This document shows positions 8,463-15,739 of a stretch of 25,867 bases of DNA, in pieces (within the stretch, counting starts at the first letter, position 1; each line of letters opens with the position of its first letter). The position numbers were made by a program, and so were the translations under genes. The notes under the pieces were generated by a model. The model did no database searches. It saw only the letters and a program-made list of their open reading frames with translations, and was not told where the DNA came from. This DNA comes from Candidatus Thorarchaeota archaeon (GTDB taxonomy: Archaea; Asgardarchaeota; Thorarchaeia; Thorarchaeales; Thorarchaeaceae): positions 1 to 25,867 of the forward strand of contig JBHLQM010000053.1 of the NCBI GenBank assembly GCA_048884785.1, written 5' to 3'.

Positions 8463-8673
8463 TGTGTGATATATTCACACTTCTACCGGGACCGAATGCA
8501 TGCTTCGTTGGCTCAAAATCGCAATCAAGCGATACCGCAGCCCACAGGTTTCCGGCAAGTTCTCCCTTTCTACTTGTAGCTGGACGGATGACTCTTCGAT
8601 CGATGGTGTTCGCGTACAGGTACATGATTAAACCTAGAGTGACTCCTATCCCGATCAAGTAGAGTACAAGCAT
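8428..8673 (-). CDS. Small protein with N-terminal TM helix
   Basis: MLVLYLIGIGVTLGLIMYLYA hydrophobic segment followed by basic residues. Fills the gap between genes and overlaps the Rab 3' end convergently by 35 nt. Confidence 0.5.
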   Translation of the reverse strand: MLVLYLIGIGVTLGLIMYLYANTIDRRVIRPATSRKGELAGNLWAAVSLDCDFEPTKHAFGPGRSVNISHIKPVDDKHIFL

Positions 8674-8798
8674 ACCCCTCTAAAGCAAATTAACAATAAT
8701 AAAGTTATTTGAAGATACAGGGGTCTGTGAAACTTAATAACATCTCAGGTGCATCTTCAATTAGATGAAGCCGATTGAGGGAATTGGGGTGTCTCTGA

Positions 8799-9515
8799 AT
8801 GATTGCTCTTGCCAGGATGATTTTGAATATGGGTAAAATTGGAGGGGCATCCGACAGTTCTCTCTTATTATTCTGGGATGAACTTGAGCAATTGCTGGGC
8901 CCTATACTTCAGCCGATTGTTGGCCCTCTCTTCGACATCCTCAGGGAAGAAGCAAATCGTGCAATAATCCTGTCCACTATTGTCACGCTATTTCTCTTTG
9001 TTTCGATTGTCGTTTATGTGGTATATGAAGTTCCAAGTATTCTTGGGTTGTTCTCCAGCGGAATGAGCATGAGTCCTGCTAAACCAGAACCTCCAATTCT
9101 TGCGCGACGACCATCAGCACGAACAAGAACACCATCTGAAACTCAAGAAGAGGCAATGTCAAGAGCCAAGTTACCATCGATTTCGCAGATGCATGGTCTA
9201 GAAGTTCAGTCAACCATTGACAAACATCGAGATGATGTTCTACTGACGATCCGGGTCACAAATAACTCAGACCACGAAATTGAGATGGTCGTTGTTGACA
9301 TAGATCTTCCTGATGGCATTGACGTCATGACAGGAAGTTTCAGAATGCAACGAATTGGTACAATTTCTTCCGGAATGACAAAAACAGCAGACTTCAGATT
9401 GAAACACTACCGAGGTTCTCTTGAGAATATAACTGGTCAGATTGAGTTTATGAGTTCTTCACACGAAATAACCGAGATTGCAATACCACGTCCGACAATT
9501 GCTGCAGATGAGTAG
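8799..9515 (+). CDS. Single-TM membrane protein with Pro/Arg-rich linker and C-terminal Ig-like beta-sandwich
   Basis: TM AIILSTIVTLFLFVSIVVYVVY; linker PAKPEPPILARRPS; alternating beta pattern LLTIRVTNNS..IEMVVVDIDLPDG..IGTISSG.TKTADFRL..ITGQIEF. GGGGTG RBS. Confidence 0.75.
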   Translation: MIALARMILNMGKIGGASDSSLLLFWDELEQLLGPILQPIVGPLFDILREEANRAIILSTIVTLFLFVSIVVYVVYEVPSILGLFSSGMSMSPAKPEPPILARRPSARTRTPSETQEEAMSRAKLPSISQMHGLEVQSTIDKHRDDVLLTIRVTNNSDHEIEMVVVDIDLPDGIDVMTGSFRMQRIGTISSGMTKTADFRLKHYRGSLENITGQIEFMSSSHEITEIAIPRPTIAADE

Positions 9516-9524
9516 TTAGCCTGC

Positions 9525-10028
9525 CTAGTACATGCCATACCCTGAATCCTGCAATCTCTGACCATGCTCTCCTTTTCCGCGGAACATGCCCGCATTCATC
9601 ATGTACTGTTGATACTCTGCGCCAAACTTCTTTATCAAGAGCCTATCTTGAAACACAGCCAAGATGAACCAACAAGCGCCGAATACTAGTGCAACTGTAA
9701 TCAGTGGTACTGACCGGAAAAGTAGAACGCACGCCATATTGAAGTAGATGAATGCCGCACCAACCGGATGTCTTATTTTCGCGTAGATACCCTTTTTGGG
9801 GAATTCAGTGATTTCCTGAGTTCGAATCTTTGCTTCTCTACTTTCGTGTGCTTTCATAATATAGCTTGCACACTTGTATGCCCAATAGGCTCCTAATAGG
9901 ACGAAGAGAAAATCCCAGAATCCTACACCGAATGTCTGTGTTCCTAGTCCAACCTGGAGTGCAACAATAATGTTGATTCCTCCAAGAAGAGCAGGAAAGG
10001 CATTGTATCCTGTACTTGTTCCACTCAT
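9525..10028 (-). CDS. ICMT/PEMT (Ste14-like) membrane methyltransferase family protein (probable start ATG 10028)
   Basis: Several TM segments, GIYAKIRHP motif and ..DRLLIKKFGAEYQQY C-terminal motif. The 40 extra codons in the ORF track run through an AT-rich promoter-like region. Confidence 0.75.
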   Translation of the reverse strand: MSGTSTGYNAFPALLGGINIIVALQVGLGTQTFGVGFWDFLFVLLGAYWAYKCASYIMKAHESREAKIRTQEITEFPKKGIYAKIRHPVGAAFIYFNMACVLLFRSVPLITVALVFGACWFILAVFQDRLLIKKFGAEYQQYMMNAGMFRGKGEHGQRLQDSGYGMY

Positions 10029-10164
10029 TTTATGGTTGCAACCCTCGTGAGAGTGAATATCTCCATGAATGTATCTTTTTGAAATGCTAAATAACTTTGC
10101 ATAAATAACTTCAGTACTAGATATTGGAATGGAATGATTCTCCATCAAAATCTAATGCCCAGAA

Positions 10165-10205
10165 TAAAGAAGTAGAGGGATGGAGTTTTGATTACACTCC
10201 ATCCC
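10165..10205 (-). terminator. 10-bp hairpin followed by pyrimidine tract
   Basis: GGGATGGAGT (10177-10186) / ACTCCATCCC (10196-10205) perfect inverted repeat with a 9-nt loop. On the minus strand it is followed by TCTACTTCTTTATTCT. Confidence 0.5.
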
Positions 10206-10474
10206 GGGTACGGAGATAGAGATCTATTACTATATATAATTCGAGCGTCATCCGCAGAGGACAACACCTTGATGACTAAGTCATCCACATATACACCTAG
10301 AAATTTTGTATAAAAGGTTTGTTAAGCACGCTAATACGTACTAAAAAGTTTACATTCTTTCGTCATTTAGTAATAAAGTTTAAACATTGTACTAATTCCA
10401 ACACCATGGTGTGTACTCCACATTGATTATGTACCCAGAAATGAGATTGCTACGGTGTTCTAGTATCATTCAAA

Positions 10475-11929
10475 TCATGTAGTTTCAATGACCTCCATTT
10501 CCTCGGAAACTACTTCCTGAATTATCACTAGATCCTTTACCTTTGGTATGTGTTCTTTGAATGCTAGCCAGATGAGAATTGATCCAATTGTAGTGATGAG
10601 AAAGTACCAAAGGAATGAAGCTGAGAATCCAAACTCCGGGGTTACCCATCCAAAGAATGGAAAGAGAGGAAGGGAGGCAAGAACTATGAGTGTTGATCGA
10701 AGTGAGTAGAAACCATTTCGAATCTTGTTTGGAATCACATCAATCAGTACTCTCTGAGTGAGAATTGCTGATATGGCACCAAACACTGAGCTGACGATGA
10801 AGAGCAAAGCAGTGAGAAACACAGGTAGAAGTGTACTTGCTGGAAACTCCAAGATCGGCAGTGAAGTGCCAGGAATTACTATTGAATAAACCAGCCCCGG
10901 CTCTGCAGGAGGTGGAAAGACCATTATGATCAGTGCAAGGAGCAGGCTGAAGGCTGCGCCTACAAAACCAAAGAACCGGAATCTCGGAATCCACTTGGCT
11001 GGTTCGAATTTCTTAGCCCATACACCAGAACGTTCCGATGTTAAAGCAAGAGGACCAAACATGAGTGTTCTGAATCCTGATACTCCAATATCTGTAAAGA
11101 GATAGGAGAAGTAGAATGGCCAAAGCAGCAAGCTTCCCCATACAGGACCTACACTAAATAGGATGAGCTCTCCTACAACTAGCAGAGAAATGAATCTGCT
11201 GGACTTGAGAAAGAGTAATCCCTCCTTCATGTTGCTTCCATAGCTTCGAAGGCCAGGTTTCTGATCAGTTTCTTGTCGAGCTCCTGGCAAATCGTTCAAA
11301 ACTCTTAGAATGATAATCGCAAGCAAGACTGCTAGAACCGCTTGAAGCTGAAAGACCCAAGTCCTCTGCATTACAAGCGCGATGAGACTCCCTGGAATAA
11401 TCACAGCTGTTGTCACCAACTGAGAGAGCATATTTAGACGACCTTGAAATACACCGTATTGCTTCCGCTCCGTATCGTGGGGCATCGCAACTCGATAATT
11501 ATTGTCAAACCAGGCTCCCCAGGCTCCTGATTCTTGAGAGAATCCTATTCCGAACAATACGTAGATTACGACAAACATCCAGTAGGGAGATTCCGGATTT
11601 GTAAGTGAAGTCACCCAGAATGATCCGGCATAGCAGACGAGTGCCGACGCAATGACATATTTATGACCAATCGTGTCCCCTAATGCACCAGTTGGATAAT
11701 CGAGTATCGTTTGAGTCACAGTCTGGATTACTAAAAGGAATCCGACCATCCCGAGACCTAGGATAAAGTCGCCATTGCCAAGTTTCTCTGCTATGTATAT
11801 CATGTAGAATGTGGTTGAAAGCTGAAATGATAGCGAAAACGCGGGAATAAGGGCCGCAAGCTTTACTGCAAGATGAATACCCTCAGGCGTAGCATCTTCA
11901 AGTCCCAATAATCTGGCTGACTTACTCAT
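10475..11929 (-). CDS. MFS transporter
   Basis: About 12 hydrophobic segments; motif A-like DYPTGALGDTIGHK; ESGAWGAW; second-half IPNKIRNG. Confidence 0.87.
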   Translation of the reverse strand: MSKSARLLGLEDATPEGIHLAVKLAALIPAFSLSFQLSTTFYMIYIAEKLGNGDFILGLGMVGFLLVIQTVTQTILDYPTGALGDTIGHKYVIASALVCYAGSFWVTSLTNPESPYWMFVVIYVLFGIGFSQESGAWGAWFDNNYRVAMPHDTERKQYGVFQGRLNMLSQLVTTAVIIPGSLIALVMQRTWVFQLQAVLAVLLAIIILRVLNDLPGARQETDQKPGLRSYGSNMKEGLLFLKSSRFISLLVVGELILFSVGPVWGSLLLWPFYFSYLFTDIGVSGFRTLMFGPLALTSERSGVWAKKFEPAKWIPRFRFFGFVGAAFSLLLALIIMVFPPPAEPGLVYSIVIPGTSLPILEFPASTLLPVFLTALLFIVSSVFGAISAILTQRVLIDVIPNKIRNGFYSLRSTLIVLASLPLFPFFGWVTPEFGFSASFLWYFLITTIGSILIWLAFKEHIPKVKDLVIIQEVVSEEMEVIETT

Positions 11930-11955
11930 CTAGAATCATCCGGTCCATTTTTTGA

Positions 11956-11965
11956 TTATATATAA
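11956..11965 (-). promoter_or_regulatory. Putative TATA box of the MFS gene
   Basis: TTATATATAA 27-36 nt upstream of ATG 11929. Confidence 0.45.
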
Positions 11966-12160
11966 CATCCAGTCACATTTGGGGGTCACAATGTGTGTAC
12001 TCACGTAGTTAGCTATGCTATTAAGGTAATAATGAACGCAAGAAATAGGAATCTAGCTGGTCACATATGCCCACTAGTGCTTTATCATGTGACCAGATAA
12101 GACTAGATGTAGTCCTCAAAGAATATGGAGCATTTTGCTCCAAAAAGAGGTAGTACAACG

Positions 12161-13588
12161 ATGCTCGAAAAACTTCAGAAATGCATCGGTATTGGAGAGA
12201 GCCTTGGTGCTCATTTCGTTGAAGCAAGATTCGACGACCTAACACTTAGGACGCTTGAGCGTACCGATGATATATGGAAAGAGATTCAGGTCAAATCGAG
12301 ATTTGGGTTTGCGATTACATGCTATGTGGATGGCGTGACAGGATTTTCCTTCACTCCTAGCCCAAAGGATTCAGACTTGAAGGAAGCCACTGGGCGGGCA
12401 TTCAAAATGGCAAAGGCATCAGCTGCATCTGCAGAACTGAAGCTGCCTTTTGAAAAACGGCCTGCAGTTAAGAGTAAAGCATCCGACACGCTTCCTGTAA
12501 AGATTCATCCAAGAACCGTTGAGCTCTCTGAGAAGACCGGTATGGTGGATAGAGCAGTTGAATCAGCAAAGGATGCTGGTGAGAATATCAGAAACATAAG
12601 AGGTCGCTATGGTGAACTCTATGGTCAGAAGGTATTTGCGAATAGTGACGGATCAGAGATAGATTGGAATTTTCTCACAATAGATCTCAGAAGTACAGTA
12701 ACATCCAAAACCGATTCTGGTGACATGGTCGTAGGTGCAGCTGCTAAGGGAGGCACATACGGTCTCGAGGTCTTCAACAACGACGAGTTTACACCTGAAA
12801 AGCTAGGTGAAGACTCGGCATTAAGAGCCAAGGAGCAGCTTAAGGCCAAAGCCTGTCCTGCAGGGAAATTCAAATCACTTGTGGAAGAAACCCTGGTGGG
12901 TGTACTTGCGCACGAATCATTTGGACATCTGAGTGAGGCGGACTTTATTGTTACTGGTGGCTCTCCTCTAACAGGAAAGATCAACTCGACGTTGGGGACC
13001 GAGCATGCAACAATTGTTGATGGCGGCTTGGTTGAAATTTCAAAAACCGGTGGTTTATGGCTACCATATGACGACCAAGGAACCCCAACAGGTACAACAA
13101 CCATTTTGGAAAAAGGGATTCTAAAACACTATCTTCATGACCGGGGCACAGCTAACAAGCTAGGACAGAATCCAACAGGCAATTCGCGAGCAGTAAACTT
13201 TGCTTATCCTCCAATTCCAAGAATGACAAATACCTATTTCATGGCTGGAGATTTGAATGGAGAAGAAGAGGCGCTGCAATTACTTGGAACTGGTATCTAT
13301 GCAATTCAGACTTCCGGTGGACAAGTACAGGGTGATGGATCATTTCTCTTCAAGGCCATTAGAGGGTACTATGTTGAGAATGGTGAGATAAAATATCCAA
13401 TTCGTGAGGTTGCTCTGTCTGGGAATATCCTTGAGCTTCTTGGGAAGGTTGAAGGTGCAACAAAGAGCATTTTGATCCGTTCAGGATATTTCGGAGGGTG
13501 TGGCAAAGGTGGTCAATTTCCACTCCCAACCGGAACCGGAGGACCCATGTTAATCATCGATGGTGTAACTTTTGGAGGGCAAGTATAA
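12161..13588 (+). CDS. tldD: TldD-family metalloprotease subunit (probable start ATG 12161)
   Basis: HExxGH motif LAHESFGHLSEAD, YDDQG, PIPRMTNTY and C-terminal CGKGGQ. GAGGT RBS. Confidence 0.93.
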   Translation: MLEKLQKCIGIGESLGAHFVEARFDDLTLRTLERTDDIWKEIQVKSRFGFAITCYVDGVTGFSFTPSPKDSDLKEATGRAFKMAKASAASAELKLPFEKRPAVKSKASDTLPVKIHPRTVELSEKTGMVDRAVESAKDAGENIRNIRGRYGELYGQKVFANSDGSEIDWNFLTIDLRSTVTSKTDSGDMVVGAAAKGGTYGLEVFNNDEFTPEKLGEDSALRAKEQLKAKACPAGKFKSLVEETLVGVLAHESFGHLSEADFIVTGGSPLTGKINSTLGTEHATIVDGGLVEISKTGGLWLPYDDQGTPTGTTTILEKGILKHYLHDRGTANKLGQNPTGNSRAVNFAYPPIPRMTNTYFMAGDLNGEEEALQLLGTGIYAIQTSGGQVQGDGSFLFKAIRGYYVENGEIKYPIREVALSGNILELLGKVEGATKSILIRSGYFGGCGKGGQFPLPTGTGGPMLIIDGVTFGGQV

Positions 13589-13598
13589 GGAGGCAAGT

Positions 13599-14996
13599 AT
13601 GATGGAGTACGACACAATTAAGGACGAACTTCTTGCCGTCGCAGACTCTGGATTGAAGTATACAAAAACACTCAATCCCGATGCAGATTTTGAGATTTTT
13701 ATTATCTATGAGAATTCTGCTCAGGCATCAATTGATCAAGGAGTTGTGACCGCAAAAGATGGCGCAGTTGCAGGCAATGCAGTAAGAGTTGCTATTGGCA
13801 GACGAATAGGATTCGCTTGCTCCAGCGGAGTGAGTGAGGAGCGAGTAAAGCTGAGCGCACGTGAAGCTTTGGACATTATCAGCAGTGTGAATGTTGAGGA
13901 CGACCGATTCAAATCATTCTGTGACCCTATATCACCTGCGAAAGAGAGTGCTTTTGACAAGTCAATTCTTGATATTGGCATTGATGAACTCATAAAAGAC
14001 TCAGCATATATCGCCAAGGAAGCCAAAGCAACTGATGATCGAATCAAATACGCTTCAGGCGGTGCACAGACTTCCTGGGGCGGATATGCAGTTGTTAACA
14101 GCAGAGGAGTTCACAGTGCAACAAGGTATGGATTCAGTGCTTGCCAAGGAAATGTCCAAGCTATCGTTGGCGAGGAGCGACGAGAGTCTTTCGAATTTGA
14201 CGTTACAATCGATAGAGTCTACAAAAAAGAGGGAATTGGCGAAAAGGCTGCAAGACAAGCTGCCGGGCTTTTGGGTGCTAAGAAACTCGATGCAACGGAT
14301 AAAATGCAGACAATCTGGACTCCAATTCCAGCTGCAACCTATATTATGGCGAGTCTTGGCCAATCAATTCTAGGTAATCCAGTAGTCGAAGGTATCTCAC
14401 CACTCTGTGATAGGATTGGCGATACTATAGGACCTGCTTCACTATCAATCATTGATGATGGTCAGAGTCGAACTGGATTAGGTACAAATGCCATTGATGG
14501 AGAAGGAATACCGCAAAAAACGAATCCCATCATAGAAAAAGGAGTTCTCAAGAGTTTCCTCTTTGACTCATATTATGGAGGTGCATTCGGTGTCGATTCA
14601 ACAGGCAACTGCGATCGAGCAGGCGGTCCATTTGGCGGTGCTGTGCCATATGAAAACTCGCCAAGTGTATCAACCAAGTGGCTAGAAGTTAGTCCAGGAT
14701 CGAAAGCTGAGGAGGATCTTATCTCGGATATTGATGGCCGTGCAATCCTCATACGTGACTTCCCAATCGGTATTTTCCATACAAATGTCGCAACAGGAGA
14801 GTTCTCGGTCGTTGCAGCTTCAGCATATCTAGTTGAAAATGGAGAGAAGAAATATCCAATTCAGCCAGTTTCAGTAGGAGGCAACTTCTATGAAGGGTTC
14901 AAGAATCTGATTGGAATTGGATCAAATGTTGAACCGCTTCCATTCGGCATAGCCGTACCAACACTGGTATTTGACGGATTCAGTGTAACAGGATAA
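13599..14996 (+). CDS. pmbA: PmbA/TldE-family subunit (probable start ATG 13599)
   Basis: DGEG, IIEKGVLKSFLFD, TGEFSV, YLVENGE motifs; no HExxxH. Directly follows tldD; GGAGG RBS at 13589. Confidence 0.9.
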   Translation: MMEYDTIKDELLAVADSGLKYTKTLNPDADFEIFIIYENSAQASIDQGVVTAKDGAVAGNAVRVAIGRRIGFACSSGVSEERVKLSAREALDIISSVNVEDDRFKSFCDPISPAKESAFDKSILDIGIDELIKDSAYIAKEAKATDDRIKYASGGAQTSWGGYAVVNSRGVHSATRYGFSACQGNVQAIVGEERRESFEFDVTIDRVYKKEGIGEKAARQAAGLLGAKKLDATDKMQTIWTPIPAATYIMASLGQSILGNPVVEGISPLCDRIGDTIGPASLSIIDDGQSRTGLGTNAIDGEGIPQKTNPIIEKGVLKSFLFDSYYGGAFGVDSTGNCDRAGGPFGGAVPYENSPSVSTKWLEVSPGSKAEEDLISDIDGRAILIRDFPIGIFHTNVATGEFSVVAASAYLVENGEKKYPIQPVSVGGNFYEGFKNLIGIGSNVEPLPFGIAVPTLVFDGFSVTG

Positions 14997-15011
14997 ACGA
15001 TTTGTCTTTTT

Positions 15012-15035
15012 GGAGCCTTCGGGCTCCTCTTTTCT
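15012..15035 (+). terminator. Hairpin + U-tract terminator of tldD-pmbA
   Basis: GGAGCC-TTCG-GGCTCC (cUUCGg tetraloop) followed by TCTTTTCT, 15 nt after the pmbA stop. Confidence 0.65.
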
Positions 15036-15136
15036 ATATCGAATTGCTTTTGAGGAAGTGTACATACACAAACACGAGATATCATCCTAGAATGATTCAT
15101 GAAATGACACCATTGCGTATTAGGAGGAAGGCAGTT

Positions 15137-15691
15137 ATGAGTTCAATACGCGACACCTACAAAATAATTGTGGCAGGAGATGAAGAATCAGGATACAGCT
15201 TCTGCACGAGGCTTATGGACCGCCAATTGCCCGACCCGCGAAAGGTTGCGCTTGAATCTCTTTCCAAAGATTGGCCAAAAGATGAATGGGTGAAATTCAT
15301 CACACTCTCCTCAAAAGGAACTGTATTTACTATGGAGCTTGATTTGGAGCTACATGGTCCGTGGATTTGGGAATTATACAATGTAATGGACCCGAGAGAT
15401 TACTTCCGAAGGTTTGCCGCTGCTGTTATATGTGCCAATCCAAAAAGGCCTGAGTCGCTCATTCATATTCCTTCCTTTATAGAATCCATGGATACTCATA
15501 TTGGTAAGAGGATACCAATGGTTCTCATTATTGACTCCTCTCAGCATATCTCGAAAAATGAGCTAAAGCCAGTTGAGGAAATAGCTCTCCAGATGGAAAT
15601 TCCATTCAGGAAGGTCAGTATAGAAACCGGAGATAACTTGGATAATGTGTTAAAAGAGCTCGCAATAAGAATCCAAGAAACTGAAGAATAG
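15137..15691 (+). CDS. Degenerate Ras/Rab-fold protein (putative pseudo-GTPase), 184 aa
   Basis: AGGAGG RBS at 15122-15127 then ATG 15137. Colinear with small GTPases (YKIIVAGDEESGYS; DYFRRFAAAVICANPKRPESL; IPMVLIIDSSQ; IPFRKVSIETGDNLDNVL) but G motifs are altered. Confidence 0.75.
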   Translation: MSSIRDTYKIIVAGDEESGYSFCTRLMDRQLPDPRKVALESLSKDWPKDEWVKFITLSSKGTVFTMELDLELHGPWIWELYNVMDPRDYFRRFAAAVICANPKRPESLIHIPSFIESMDTHIGKRIPMVLIIDSSQHISKNELKPVEEIALQMEIPFRKVSIETGDNLDNVLKELAIRIQETEE

Positions 15692-15696
15692 AATAT

Positions 15697-15730
15697 TATC
15701 CGCATGAGAGTATATACTCTCATGCAGATA
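15697..15730. repeat. Long palindrome between convergent genes (possible bidirectional terminator)
   Basis: GCATGAGAGTATATACTCTCATGC (15702-15725) is a perfect 24-bp palindrome, extended by TATC/GATA after one mismatch. Confidence 0.75.
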
Positions 15731-15739
15731 CTCAGAGAC

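Noticed and set aside
8460-8480. Rab TGA stop followed by a hairpin and in-frame TGT GTG ATA TAT (CVIY), suggesting selenocysteine readthrough or a CaaX-like tail
   Set aside because: CVIY is not terminal on readthrough, the G domain is already complete, no recognisable SECIS is present, and the region also codes on the opposite strand.
10276-10290. Minus-strand mini-ORF ATG TGG ATG ACT TAG (MWMT) as a leader peptide or pyrrolysine readthrough
   Set aside because: Four codons only, the readthrough product is featureless, and there are no pyl genes in the window.
12625-14373. Long alternative ORFs inside tldD/pmbA (12625-13104, 13736-14047, 14035-14373, 14055-14363)
   Set aside because: Fully overlap well-supported genes and show shadow-frame composition without motifs.
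10475-14996. MFS + TldD/PmbA + small ORF as a RiPP (microcin-like) cluster
   Set aside because: No YcaO, radical SAM or other modifying enzyme and no Gly/Ser/Cys-rich precursor. TldD/PmbA pairs are widespread housekeeping genes.
15002-15136. 45-aa N-terminal extension of the 15002 ORF
   Set aside because: It runs through the pmbA terminator hairpin; the RBS and the GTPase-like beta-1 strand both point to ATG 15137.
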